The notes: generated by a model from the letters alone, not told the origin. DNA of 64,000 nucleotides from Diplonema japonicum (GCA_964019335.1 OZ025748.1:277249-341248); one strand, 5' to 3'; numbered from the stretch's first letter, positions 49,666 through 61,522 are shown. Made by a program: numbers and translations.

Positions 49666-50604
49666 ATGATGAACCGCACGGTAATTGCCCTGGCGATGCT
49701 GGGGGTTGTGAGCGGGTTCAGGCTCACGGAGCTTGAGGGAGAGCTGAAGAAAAACAGCGAGGCGGGGCGTCTCCCCACAGTGACAGCACACGGGATGGGA
49801 GACAGCTGCTTCAACAGGGGTTTCAAACAGCTGACGGAGGCGGTGGCGAACACAACGGGAAGCTACGCCGTGTGCATCCCCGGGGCTCCTAACGAGCCTG
49901 AGGACACGCTGTCAGGGTTCTTTGTGAACATGAACGAGAACGTCAAGATCTTCGCGAAGAAGGTGAAGGAGGACCCGAAGCTCGCAGGTGGCTTCAACGC
50001 GATCGGGTTGTCGCAGGGGAACAGCGTGATCAGGGGGTACATCCAGAAGTACAACGACCCCCCTGTGAAGACATGGCTGTCCGTCCACGGTACTGTAATG
50101 GGTGTCGCAGGCTTCCCGAACTGCAACCCTGCTGGGCTTCTTGCCCCCGTGTGCGACCAGCTGGACGAGAAGCTTGGTGACGAGGCCTACTACATTGAGA
50201 CACAGGAGGCACTCTTCCAGGCGAACTACTTCCGCGACCCTATGAGGGTGAACACCTCGCAGTACAAAAGGAACTCGCAGCTCGGGGAGTGGAACGGTGA
50301 GGGTGAGAGGGTGAACCCTCTGTACAAGGAGAACTTCGTCAAGGTGGAGAGGTTCGCCATGATCAAGGCGATGAAGGACACGATGGTGTACCCCAACTGG
50401 GGTGAGTGGTGGGGGCAGTTCACCCCCGGCTCCTACCACACCATCCAGAAGATCAACGAGACCGACATGTACCAGAGGGACACCTTCGGACTCAAGACCG
50501 TCCACGAGGCCGGGAAGATCCTCTTTAACCACACCGACGGTAACCACCTTGTCTTCTCCATGGAGCAGCTCGAGTGGTGGGTCAACAACTACTTCCTTGG
50601 GTGA
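49666..50604 (+). CDS. PPT1: Palmitoyl-protein thioesterase
   Basis: HGMGDSC, FNAIGLSQG, QANYFRDP, DTMVYP and TDGNHL, with a signal peptide. The start could instead be 49642 or 49669. Confidence 0.93.
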   Translation: MMNRTVIALAMLGVVSGFRLTELEGELKKNSEAGRLPTVTAHGMGDSCFNRGFKQLTEAVANTTGSYAVCIPGAPNEPEDTLSGFFVNMNENVKIFAKKVKEDPKLAGGFNAIGLSQGNSVIRGYIQKYNDPPVKTWLSVHGTVMGVAGFPNCNPAGLLAPVCDQLDEKLGDEAYYIETQEALFQANYFRDPMRVNTSQYKRNSQLGEWNGEGERVNPLYKENFVKVERFAMIKAMKDTMVYPNWGEWWGQFTPGSYHTIQKINETDMYQRDTFGLKTVHEAGKILFNHTDGNHLVFSMEQLEWWVNNYFLG

Positions 50605-50997
50605 GCGTGGCTTGTTATTCGGTTACTGGTAGTAAGGTGAAACTTCCCTGTTTCCCCCCCAACCCCGCTTCTTTGAACTGTCAGTAATCTTCGATAGTTA
50701 GAGTCCTTCTGCCTCGAAGAAAGAAAACAGATGGGCAAATGAAGATTTTCTCTCTCTCTTTTTTAAGGGCTGTGTTGTCAACATTGTCCCCACCCTTTCT
50801 GTGGAGTGGCATCGTCTGAATCTGTGCTTACGTTCTTTCTATTCTTTCCTTTTCCTTTTTTTTTCATTCTTTTTTGTACTTCTTGTTTTTTTTCTTCCGT
50901 GATGTTATCCAGTGTCATTCTTGTCTTGCACTCCCTACTCACCTTAACATGCGAGAAAAAAAAAGGCGTTATTTTGAAAAAGAGAGGGAAAGAATAA

Positions 50998-51965
50998 ATG
51001 TCGGGGCTTTTGAAGTATCTGATTGCAGCCGCAGCGCTTGGCACGGGGATGTACTTGAATGAAGGAATTAGGTATTGACCGGTAGAAGAAAAAAGGGAGG
51101 AAACAAAAAAAAAAAAAAACAGAAACCGCGGGTTCAACTTGGGTGTTTGCGGTGTGCACAAAGTGAACGTGATGGGGCTGGGTATGGACAACGCAGAGTC
51201 CCTAGCGGCCATCAATGAAAAGACCGAACAGCTGTCGAAATGGCTGGGGAGGGATATCGACATGGAAATAAAGCAAAAGGTGCTGACACCACTGAATGTC
51301 AACGAGCTGACAGAGAGCAACGAGTACGGTGTGTGGTCAGACCCATGTGAGTTTTCGATTTACGGATGTGGTGAAGGACGACCTGCACTGCTTTTCCTCC
51401 CAGGATTCAGCGCCTCCGCCGAGGCCATCACCGGTATGCTACACCCAACTACACGAACCCCACAAAAGGTGCTGTCCCGCTCATTGCCAGAGCCGTGAAC
51501 AGCAGCTTGTTGGTTTGCAGCTACACACGTGACACCGCAGTGGACAGAGCGCAGGCCTGCTACGAAGAAGCCCTGAGGAATTCCTCCACCGTTTATGTGG
51601 CTGCCATGTCGGAGGGCGTTGGTGTTGCCGTCGCACTGCACAGGACTTTGAAGGAAAAGCCTGCCGGGTACTGGTTCATGTCCCCTTGGATGAGGCAGAC
51701 TGAATGTGGGAAGTGGCTGGCGCCGGCCTGCGGCGAGGTGCTGCCGCTCACCATGACCAAGGAAGAGAAGGACTCGCTTCCCCCAACACTCGTCACCTAC
51801 TCCACAGCCACTGCCTCCGATGCTGTCCGGGACTGGGCTACCTCCGTCGGCACAACCGACACATACGCAGACCTCCCACATGACTTTGTCCTGCTGTCGG
51901 ACTGGCTTCCCCAGAACATCGAAGCTGTAATGACAGCAAAGAAATTTTTTTCCGAGGCTAAATAG
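50998..51965 (+). CDS. Alpha/beta hydrolase (HSL-like esterase); introns 51072-51122, 51434-51468
   Basis: Splicing joins three ORF pieces in frame. Motifs: LLFLPG, VYVAAMSEG (nucleophile elbow), FMSPW, LPPTLV, YADLPHDF. Confidence 0.75.
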
Positions 51966-52058
51966 TTCCTACCCAAACAGTGTGCAATGTGCTGAAAAAA
52001 GTAAAGCCCCTTCCCACGCTCCACTGTTCCGTGATACCTTCCTTACAGGAGCAGCCAC

Positions 52059-53487
52059 ATGATAGACATATTGCTAACGGTGCAGCTTGCGGTGCTGTGC
52101 TGCTGCGCGTACAATGTAGGCAGGCTGTTCGTGCACATCCTCAAGGTGCCCGCCATTACAGGGTACATATTGACAGGTATCACACTGGGCACCATTCACT
52201 TTTGTTACAGGTATTATCTGCGGCCCGCACAATATGGCGCTTATTGGGAGCGACCCCGAGCGTCTGGGAGACTTGAAGAGGATTGAGCAAGGGTGCCTGT
52301 CCATTATAGGCTTGGCAGCGGGGTGTGAGTTGATTATGAAAGAGCTAAAGAGTCAGGGGAAGGCTATCACGTTCACGGTGCTGAGCATCTTGCCCTGCGT
52401 GGCAGGCGTGCTCGGGGTGGTGACAACTAACCTCGTGCCCACCACGGAGATCTTTCAGAAGTTTTCTGCGAACGAGGTGAAGGCCATCTGTTTGATGATG
52501 TCGACGATACTGCTTGCCCGCAGCCCCGCCTCTGCTATCGCTGTAGTGAAGGAGTCAAACGCAGAGGGTGCGTTTACGAAGCTGTGCGTCTGTGCGAGCA
52601 TCGTGCTGGACACATGCGTCGTGTCGCTGTTCGCCATCAACATCAACTTCGCCAAGCTCATCGTCGACGGTGTGCAGATGACTCCCTCTGTCATGATGCA
52701 GCCTTTTGTAAAGCTAGCCCTGTCGGCCATGGTGGGGTACGTCCTGTACCACTTCCTCACTGTTGTCATCATGAAACCGGCGAAGATCCCGCCTCTACAG
52801 AAGTTCCTGCTACGAGCAGTCGGCACATACGTATCGGGTGCCTTTGTATTCTTAGCCTCGGACACCTTAAGGGGCATGGACTCGTATGGCCGGATAGACC
52901 CTTTGCTGTGTTGTGTGGCGTGCGGTGCGTTCTTCTCGAACGCTTCTCCGCCTAAAGAAGAGTTTGTGGCGTTGGTGGACGAGACGCTTCCGTGGACGAA
53001 TATACCTTTTTTTACTTTGGTGGGGTGCAGCTTGTCCTTCAAGGGATTGGGTGGTGTGCTGCCGTTGGTGTTTACCCTCTTCGCAGGGAGGCTTGTGGCA
53101 CTGCTTGTCGGTGCGTGGGCGGGTGCCCACCTCGCAGGGCTACCCAGCGACTACCATCACTTCCGGTGGATGGGGTTCGTGACACAAGCTGGAGTGGCCA
53201 TTGGTCTATGCAAGCAGATTTCACTGGAGTTCCCATACTGGGGAAAAGCTGTGCATGCCGTGTGTGTCTCGTGCATTCTAGTCAATCTCCTCCTCGGTCC
53301 TGTCTGCTTCAAATGGATCCTCCAGCGTGTCGGAGAAGTAACTGAAACTGATGTTATCAACTTCGTAGCAGGGCCGGGGCTTCCTCAATGGCCTGCAGGT
53401 ACACCTAAACACCTCCCCTCGTCAAGGACCACGGGGTCTCCTAAGCACATGCAGACCGAGATCAATGTCATGGAAATGCAAGAGTGA
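52059..53487 (+). CDS. Cation/H+ antiporter (Na_H_Exchanger-like); intron 52177-52210
   Basis: PAITGYILTG|IICGP after splicing, ARSPASAIAVVKE, VLD, FFTLVG, TQAGVAIGL and many TM helices. Confidence 0.85.
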
Positions 53488-53631
53488 AGGCCGTCAAGAA
53501 GTGTTGAAACACCTCCCCCCCTCCGCCCCTTTAAAAAAAATAATGCAAGACTACTTTTTGATTTCCTGTTCTCTATCCTAGTCAGTCACCTTTATTCACA
53601 GGAACCCCCCGTTCCTCCTGGGGTGGTTTTA

Positions 53632-54666
53632 ATGGCCGACAGCCCTACTACGGCAGCTTCATATGTCAGCTTTAAAGATGACGAGTTGAAGGATGCGTTT
53701 TTCAAAGGGGTGGAGGCATCGCCCAAACGGATGGATTTTGGGGAGATCGCTGTCGGAGATGAGTCGGGCGCTGGGGCTCTGCAGCAAGACGGGGAAATAG
53801 GCGGGACAAGGCGCGATGTGACTGTCTTGAAACAGTCGGGTCGGGAACCGTTGTGCATCGACATGGATGACGCAACGATCACACGGGTGGAAGACGGACC
53901 TGCGAGGAGAGCGGGACTGCACGTTGGAGACAAGGTGGTAGCACTGAATGGGAAGCCCATTGCAAACCAAGATGAAGCTGCACAAGTACTGCGGAACGAC
54001 GGCGGCGACACAATCACATTCGGGGTCATCCGACAGAGGCAGCAACAACAGCAACAGCACAACCCACTAGCAGATGCTAATGCTGTTAGCTCGCAACAAC
54101 AACAGCAACAACAGTCGACGGTTGGTCAAAACAAAAGGCTAAGGTCTCGACTGGCAGGGTGGGGTTCGCAACGGCAAGCTGTTGTCCGTTCCCTGCTCTT
54201 GGCTGTTATCACTCTGGCATCGCTTCTCACCTACTTGTTCAGCACCGAAGACGGCACGTGTCAGAAGGAAATCCGCATGTGGATGTTAATTAATATTATT
54301 GCCTTGGGTGTCCTCCTCGTCCTCACCATTCTCTCGAGCAAGATAGCGCTGCGTCTTTGCTACGACAGCGACACGTACTCCAGGAGATGCTCCATCACTG
54401 TCACGGGCATCACGGGCATCTACTCCCTTGCCTGGGTCGTCATTGAGCTCTCCCTCCTCATTGCCTCTTCGCGCAACAGCTGTGGCAACGCTTTCACCGC
54501 AGCGGCAGCCACGGTCGCCATGTTGTTCATCTTCGCAGGCGTTCTCTTCATCCACTACTGTGCCATGTATACCAATTCAGCGGACAACGAGGAAGATGCC
54601 CTGTTGTACAAGTACTACGATCCGCCTGCGGGCGCCAATCAAATTGCAGGGAGGGTGTTCAGTTAG
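53632..54666 (+). CDS. PDZ-domain protein with ~4 C-terminal TM helices
   Basis: ITRVEDGPARRAGLHVGDKVVALNG, followed by hydrophobic segments. Confidence 0.8.
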   Translation: MADSPTTAASYVSFKDDELKDAFFKGVEASPKRMDFGEIAVGDESGAGALQQDGEIGGTRRDVTVLKQSGREPLCIDMDDATITRVEDGPARRAGLHVGDKVVALNGKPIANQDEAAQVLRNDGGDTITFGVIRQRQQQQQQHNPLADANAVSSQQQQQQQSTVGQNKRLRSRLAGWGSQRQAVVRSLLLAVITLASLLTYLFSTEDGTCQKEIRMWMLINIIALGVLLVLTILSSKIALRLCYDSDTYSRRCSITVTGITGIYSLAWVVIELSLLIASSRNSCGNAFTAAAATVAMLFIFAGVLFIHYCAMYTNSADNEEDALLYKYYDPPAGANQIAGRVFS

Positions 54667-54791
54667 AAGAATTATAGACTGCCTTTTCTTTTTTTTTATA
54701 AGGTATAAATAGATAGTTTGTGTCAGAAAAAAATTCTGTTTTTTTGTTGTAGCATAAGTTGTTCTTTCGTTTTGTGCACACAACGACTTCC

Positions 54792-57710
54792 ATGACCCCG
54801 CACCGCACCACAGGCACGATGTCTGCGCCCAAGGCCATCGTGATTAAGAGCAGCAAGAATGAGGTGAATGGCGAGTACCATATAGTGCCGGACGAGCAAT
54901 GGCTAGGGTACCCTGTGTGGGATCAGCAGACGAAGAGAGGGCAGAGGATATACTCGGACTCTCATGGGCGGTGGATGATAGGAACAAGCAACGCAATGAA
55001 AAAGAACGCAGGCTGGGTGTTGTCCGAGGCCCACAGAGACAGAATGCCGCACAAGGTGGGGACGTGGCTGTCGTTCACAGACGACGGGTGGAAGGTGTTG
55101 CCCATTGAAGTGACAGCCAGTGGCACTGTTTCTATAGAACCAGGCTATCTCCCTCAGAAGACACCTACCCACCTCCGCCGATCTCCTCACACCCGTTCAC
55201 CTCCCCGCTCTGAAAATTCAGAACTTGAATGCCCTGCTTCTCCTTTTTCCTTCGCATCTCCCTCGCGCACGCCGGCAACCTGCTCGCCGGCTCCTCATGA
55301 AAACGTTAAACTCTCTGCTATGGTAGCTGCATTGCAAGACCAACTTAAAGGCAGCAAAACGGCATTGATAGAAGCCACGGAAGAACTAGAGAAGAAACAG
55401 GCAGAGCTAAACGTGATGAGAAATCAGATGCAGAGCACAGAGACGATTCTCGCGGCGGTGAAGGAAGAGCGCGACAAGCTTACGGCAGACACTGACAAGC
55501 ACATCGCAAGTATGCTGAGTTACAAGCCAGGCAAGCAGACGACAGGCGTGCAGACGGCATGCGAGGTTGGCTGCCCTGGGTGCGGGGGCAACGCCTCCAT
55601 CGGGTGCGAACAATGGTGCCCCAGTAAATGGCATTCTCCTCTAATCAGCACCAGTACTGGTGACTCGTGGAAAGGGCTCTCGTTCCAGGCGTGCAAAGGC
55701 GTTCAGCTGAGCGATGGCGGCACGTTTGTTGCGAAGGGGACGGGCGGGCCTTCGACAACAGTAGTGGCGAACAAGACAGTTAGTGAAGGCAGCCACCGCG
55801 TGGCGTACACAATAGAAGGTCTCTACGGGAGCGGTAAGAGGTCGTGCGTCGGGATAAGTGGAACGCACCAGCTAGACCTGCGTGCCGACGGCTGTGTACT
55901 GGTCAACGGTGAGGTAAAGGGTGTCCTCGCCCCTTTCAAGGAAGGCAGCATTGTCATAGTCACTGTTGACATCACTGTTGGCACTGGGCATGCATATGGC
56001 AGCGTCGTGTTCTCTGTCGATGGGACCGAAGGCAACTTCAAGCTCCCGCCCTCGCCTGCGCACCACCTCTCGCCGTGTGTGCGGCTTGTCGCAGAAGGCG
56101 ATGCCGTGCGTGTGGATGCAATTCCCGAAGACGCCCTGCAGCGCAGCGATATTAAGCAGCAGCTTGTCGAAAAGCAGGCAAGGCTGCGATTAACTGAAGA
56201 AACGAATACAAAGCTCCAGCAACAGCTGGCGCTTGCGTACGATTGCGTGGATGTGGCCGCACGGCACATGTCAGAAGTAGACAAGTGTGTGCAGGTCGCT
56301 CCACCCATCGACGACGCGGGGACGCAGACCTTTGTGGAAACTTATGAAATAGCCACCGCCACCCAGCATGCACCGCAATACGAGCACGGCTGCCAGACAG
56401 AACAACCAGAGCGCTATGCTGTATCTCAGCAGACCGAAAGGGAAGAAACCGTAGCCATGTGCAGCACTGGAACCGACGCATCCCAAGACGCGCCACTCGT
56501 TGACTCTGAAGTCCAAACCGACCTCCCGCCTGCCATCGTCCCCGTGAAACCCATCAGTTCGCTGTTCCACCTTCAAGCAGAGCCTATTGTGTGTTATAAG
56601 GAAGAAGCATCCCCAGTGTTGGTACCTGTGCCCACTGAGCCTCCTGAAACAAGCGATTTCACAGGAGGTCCAGTAGGGCCGAGCTCGCGCACGTGTGGGC
56701 TGCAGTGCGAAAGGGGTGTTGCTGTGAAGAAGGTTCCAAGCGGTAACAGCAATGCGCAGACAGCGATCAGCGGGGACATCACGCATGTCGCCACAGTGGC
56801 GCAGATGCTGGCAGCCATTGACGAGGACGATTGGGAAGCAGCATTTGAGGTGTACCCTGACGGCCAGCACCTGTCAGTGGAGGTGGGCAAGCAGCTGCTG
56901 TATCGCTTGGAGCAGAGGATGCAGCCTTCAGTACCCGCTGCGCGAGTGTTGTCAACCACAGCGACTCAGGTGGACGACGAGACGCCAGCCGCCATCGTTA
57001 ATATTTTGGAAGCCTTCAACAACGGCCTTCCGCTGCCTGTAGATGACACAGTTGCTGGCGGCTTGGCACAGCTCTTGATGGAGCCACTCTCCAAGTTGCA
57101 CTCGAAGCTCAACGAGCCAAAGGCCAGCTTGGCTGGTGTCCAGATGCTGCTGGCTGCCATGAGTCGGAAGGAGCACGCAAACACAGTGCTCACGAAGATG
57201 TTCCCCAAAGGTCTTCCAGATGAGTGCAGTGACGCAGCACAGCAAGTATACATGATGACAAAGAGAAGCGATAAGTCGAAGAGAAGGTGCACGCGCGTAT
57301 TAGAGCACGTGCACAAGGTTATGTGTCTAGTGAAGTACTGGTGTTTGTGGGTGAGGACATGTACGAGGAAGGAGTGCAAGCCGCCGCCTTTAACAACGCT
57401 GCCACCTTTGCCACGTGAAATCCGGTTGCCAAAAAAGCAGACGGCGAACGAGCTTCTGAGGGAGATTTTGCAAAGGCCGGAACCACCTGCGCCTGCCACA
57501 CCTCCGCGGGAGGATCTTATGTGCACGCCTGTCACTGCGGAGGTGAGGAAGTTGATGCAGCAGTCTCTTCCCACACCAGACTACTCCCCTCTTGCTACCT
57601 CCAGGAAGGTGTCTCCCAAGAGGACGCGGCAGGCCGACTGCCGCCACGACCCGACCTTCAGGAGCGTCTACCAGGAACTGGTCATGACGAATGATGACAG
57701 GTATGCGTAA
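54792..57710 (+). CDS. Large hypothetical protein (coiled coils, SPRY-like beta region, multiple xQT motifs)
   Basis: ~972-aa ORF; a start at 54819 is also possible. Confidence 0.7.
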   Translation: MTPHRTTGTMSAPKAIVIKSSKNEVNGEYHIVPDEQWLGYPVWDQQTKRGQRIYSDSHGRWMIGTSNAMKKNAGWVLSEAHRDRMPHKVGTWLSFTDDGWKVLPIEVTASGTVSIEPGYLPQKTPTHLRRSPHTRSPPRSENSELECPASPFSFASPSRTPATCSPAPHENVKLSAMVAALQDQLKGSKTALIEATEELEKKQAELNVMRNQMQSTETILAAVKEERDKLTADTDKHIASMLSYKPGKQTTGVQTACEVGCPGCGGNASIGCEQWCPSKWHSPLISTSTGDSWKGLSFQACKGVQLSDGGTFVAKGTGGPSTTVVANKTVSEGSHRVAYTIEGLYGSGKRSCVGISGTHQLDLRADGCVLVNGEVKGVLAPFKEGSIVIVTVDITVGTGHAYGSVVFSVDGTEGNFKLPPSPAHHLSPCVRLVAEGDAVRVDAIPEDALQRSDIKQQLVEKQARLRLTEETNTKLQQQLALAYDCVDVAARHMSEVDKCVQVAPPIDDAGTQTFVETYEIATATQHAPQYEHGCQTEQPERYAVSQQTEREETVAMCSTGTDASQDAPLVDSEVQTDLPPAIVPVKPISSLFHLQAEPIVCYKEEASPVLVPVPTEPPETSDFTGGPVGPSSRTCGLQCERGVAVKKVPSGNSNAQTAISGDITHVATVAQMLAAIDEDDWEAAFEVYPDGQHLSVEVGKQLLYRLEQRMQPSVPAARVLSTTATQVDDETPAAIVNILEAFNNGLPLPVDDTVAGGLAQLLMEPLSKLHSKLNEPKASLAGVQMLLAAMSRKEHANTVLTKMFPKGLPDECSDAAQQVYMMTKRSDKSKRRCTRVLEHVHKVMCLVKYWCLWVRTCTRKECKPPPLTTLPPLPREIRLPKKQTANELLREILQRPEPPAPATPPREDLMCTPVTAEVRKLMQQSLPTPDYSPLATSRKVSPKRTRQADCRHDPTFRSVYQELVMTNDDRYA

Positions 57711-58072
57711 GGGTGTAAGGGTGTGGGTATTTAGAACACAACAAACAGCGACTGCGACACACCGACCCTCCACATCAACAGGCACATGAGGCACATATTG
57801 TCGTGAATCACTTGTTTCCTTGGACACGTCAACGTGTCACAAATAAAGATCTTTCCCCCCTCCTTTTTAGATATTTTGTTCTTCTGTTGGTTAACGCCCA
57901 TGGTCAGCGGGCAGGATGTTTTGTTCACACAGGGGGGATACCGTTGTTGTTGTTTTGGTATTAAAAAAAAACAAAAAGAAACAGTACAGACGTTTTTATT
58001 CCAGCCCCCCCCCCCCCCCCCCCCCCACCTCAGGTTTTAATACTTGTCAAAAAAAGAAGAAAAAAAACAAAA

Positions 58073-58555
58073 ATGGGTGTCGGCATATCTACTATTGTGG
58101 ATGTTGTGATTCTGGCAACGAGCATCACAGTGCAGGTGACGGTGCGGGGGAATGAGCATGAGTGGGAGAGCCCTCTTCACTGTGCGGCGTTCCGGGCGCC
58201 CTCTACAGGCTCGAAGTTTAATTGGAACCGTGGGCACACGGAGAGGAGGTGGCTACCAGCAGGGGGCGGCAGCTATGTGATGCCAACCATCGAGAGGGAT
58301 TTTTACGGAATGGCCATTACCTCAAACACGCGGTATGTAGTGAAGTGTGGTGTCGACCCAGACTGGGCTTTCAAGAAGTATCTCAAGACGGAAGTGAAGA
58401 CTCTACGTCTGTCCCCGCCGCCAGAACCAAGGGTACGTAAGCCCGCCAAGCCTGCCATAAAGACTGCGCCTGGGAAAGCCCCTCGAGAGCCACCAACCAG
58501 GGCATCCAGGGCATCAGGTTGTTTTTTCTTCGCCGTTCACTTCGGCATGTGTTAG
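58073..58555 (+). CDS. Small hypothetical protein
   Basis: 160-aa ORF with the A-rich ATG context typical of this window. Confidence 0.5.
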   Translation: MGVGISTIVDVVILATSITVQVTVRGNEHEWESPLHCAAFRAPSTGSKFNWNRGHTERRWLPAGGGSYVMPTIERDFYGMAITSNTRYVVKCGVDPDWAFKKYLKTEVKTLRLSPPPEPRVRKPAKPAIKTAPGKAPREPPTRASRASGCFFFAVHFGMC

Positions 58556-60075
58556 TGTCGTACTTCCCCGACTTCCTTTAACTCATTTATACATATTTTT
58601 GGTTTGTTATAACAACCCCTGTATCATCGAAGCACAAATAAAAAAAGGAAAAAAAGCTGTCAGGTGGCTAACGAGACTTTATTGGTAACATTATCCCTCT
58701 CGTGCGAGACCAAACTAGCTTTTTTTTTTTTTTTTTAAAGCGAGTCAAAATGAGTGGGCACTGTGCACTTTTGCCCTCTCAGTGCAATGGGTAACAGAGA
58801 AAGGCATGGGGCTTGACCAAGTGATGGGTTTAATAGTACCAACGCAAAGCCGAGTACCTAACCTCACAAAAGTCTTAACCATTTCTTTTTTGTCTTTTGA
58901 AGTTTCTCTCTCTCTCTCTCTCTTCCTTTTTTTTCCCATTACCGTAGTACCAATTGGTAAAGATTTTTTTTTTGCTAACTTACGAAAGAGTACTGATGTC
59001 AGAAATGTCAACAACAATAGAAAGAAAAAAATGAAGACTTGTGACATCGTTTCTTTTTTTTTTTGTTCTCTTTATCTTTTTCCCTACCCTTTTTTGTGTA
59101 TTCTTTTTTTTGTTGGGGGGGGGACCGAAAGAGAAGAGTAATGGACACGCCGGTTTAAGAGAGGGGTGAACCTAGTGAAGGAGAGCCCCTTTTCTTTGTG
59201 TTTCGCCACATGTGCTTACTTCTCCCCTCTCCCCCCCCTTTTTTTTTCCATTCCCCCGCCGGTATCGCTCTGGGGTCCTTAAGGTCCTCAAGTGGGATTT
59301 GCGCACTGAACATCCTTTTCTGATAACAGGGAAAAAGAACAAATGGGAGAGGAGAAAAATAAAATGCAGCCTTTTTCAGCGACAGTCTTCTTTAGGTCGT
59401 CTGTTAGGGGCGTCATAGAAGCATTTTCCCCCCAATTCATTACAAAAAAAAAAAAAAAAAATAAATAAAAAAAATTGGTCAGAAGTTTTCTGTACCTGCG
59501 ATAAAATCTTTTTTTTTTCTCTTTCTTCCGCCGGTGGGTCGTTAATCAACACCTTCCTGTTAGTTCATCGCAATCGATGAAAAATAACAAAAATAAAAAA
59601 TTGGGTGAATGACAGGGAGGGGGGAGGTGAGGGGTTCTTAACACATTTCACCCCTCCTCTGCATTGACTTTTTGAAGAATCCTTCAATTAACGACAATCT
59701 TAACTAACCATACTTACTCAATAAGAATTTTAAAGAAAAAAGAAAGACTTCCCCTTACTTTCTTTTTTTCTCTTTTTCTTTTCTTTTTTTTTTGAAGCTA
59801 GCTGTGCGCCTCCTGTAGTAAAGTAGACAGTGCTTATGCCACAGGCCTCCTTTATCTCTTATTTATATATTTTACTTTGCCTCTTTAGCATTCACTGCAA
59901 AAGGAAAGAGGCATCTGTCGTTTTCTTTTCCCGTCTTTTTTTCTTCTTTTTCTTTTTTCTTCTTGGTAGACAATGGGGGACGTTCCAAACAGGATTTTCT
60001 TCTTTTGTGGTGATGTGTTTTTCCTGTTTTGATTTTCTTCTTCCCCCGCTCTATGCTTTTTCGCATGGACATTGG

Positions 60076-61518
60076 TCACTCTGCCCCTTTCCCCTTTTTG
60101 ATTTCTCCCTCTTTACCCCTCCTAAATTTTACCCCCTGCCCCACGCATTCCTCCCCAGTTTGTTTTTGAATTTGCCTCTTCTTCTCCTCCCCTTTAAAAA
60201 AAAAAAAAAAAGAAGAGACCCACTCCTTCCTCCCGGGTTTGAATTGGTGGACTTGGGGTTCAGCTTCTTCTACTTCTTCTTTTGTTCCACTACTGAGGTC
60301 AATTACTTGCTGTTGGAGCTCTTTGACAAGTTCAATCCGGTCTTCCTCGTGTGCTGCTCTCTTAGCTTCGAGCGCCTGTGCTTCTTCAAGCTGCTCTTCA
60401 AGCTTTGCCATCGCATCCCTAGCGGCTGCTTCGATTGCTTGCTTCTCAAGATCTTCCATTGCTCTCGTCTTCTCTTCTTCAAGTGCGGAGTCCTTGGCTT
60501 CAATCTCCTGCACCTCCTTCAGCTGTGCTTCGAGCTTGGTGACGGTGTCGTTGCTTTGCTGCATCAGTTCATCATACGCAGCAACCTGACGCTCCAGCTC
60601 CTCAACAGCGGCAATCCTCTTCTCTTCGTGTTCTGCACGCTCTTTCTCCATGTCACGAGATGCCTGTGCCTCTGCCTCGAGGGCTGCAATAGTGTCAACA
60701 GCCACAGAGTCAGGAGACGTCTCTATGCTTTTCATCGTGCGAAGCTTCTCTTCCGTCACCATGTTGTCATTCTTGAGCTGCTTTACCTTGTCTTCAACCT
60801 CTTTCGTGTGCTTCTCAAGTTCCTCGAACGCCTTGATCCTTTCTTCTTCTTGCACTGCTCGTTCACGTTCCAGTTGCCGTGCCTCTTCCTGCTGTGCTTC
60901 AAGCGCAGCGATAGTCTCCCTCGCTTGTGTTTCAGATTCGGAAGGTGCCTTATTTTCATTGGGTTCGCATTCCTTGGCCTTCTCTTCGTGTTCTTTGAGC
61001 TGGGCTTCGAGCTTCGAGATCAGTTCCTTTTTTTGTTCAGAACCTGCGTCTGTGGCAACAGGCTTGCTTAAGGCGGCTTGTTGGTCTTCCATGGTTTTGA
61101 TTCTCTCTTCTTCAAATGCGGACCTCTTGGACTCAAGCTCGTGTGCTTCCTCCAGCTGCGCCTCAAGTTTTGCGATAGTTTCTCGTGATTGTTCGAGTTC
61201 TGTGCTGTGCTGTGCATCGTGGGAAGAGTTCTCAACTTCCAGCTTCTTCAACTGTACTTCGAGCTTGGTGGTTGTCTCCCTGCTGGCGCTCTCTTCAGAG
61301 GTCCGGTTCGACTCAAGTTGCCTTTCAAGTTCCTCCACTGTCTTGATCCTCCCCTCTTCGTTTGCAGATATCTTTGCTTCTAGTTCTTGTGCCTCCTTGA
61401 GCTGGGCTTCCAACGAGTCGATTATCATCTGCAAGTCCCGTTGCTGCGAGCTGTTACTACCCTCCAGTGCCTTGATCCTCTCCTCCTCGTGCGCGGATCT
61501 TTTTGTTTCAAGCTCCAT
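60076..61518 (-). pseudogene. 5'-truncated repetitive coiled-coil protein gene fragment
   Basis: About 7 degenerate repeats of (E/Q)LE.KR.A.EEERIK..EELE. It starts mid-repeat immediately next to the SL copy, and the 3' part decays into homopolymers near 60220. Confidence 0.6.
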
Positions 61519-61522
61519 CCAC

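Noticed and set aside
50998-53487. Programmed frameshifting or RNA editing explaining split ORFs
   Set aside because: Short GT-AG introns restore the frames exactly. The two remaining shifts (~16567, ~28557) share no motif and lie in short homopolymer runs.
58674-58690. Additional relic SL (ACTTTATTGGTA; also TTTCTGTAC at ~59487)
   Set aside because: Matches of only 9-10 nt in T-rich DNA, expected by chance.
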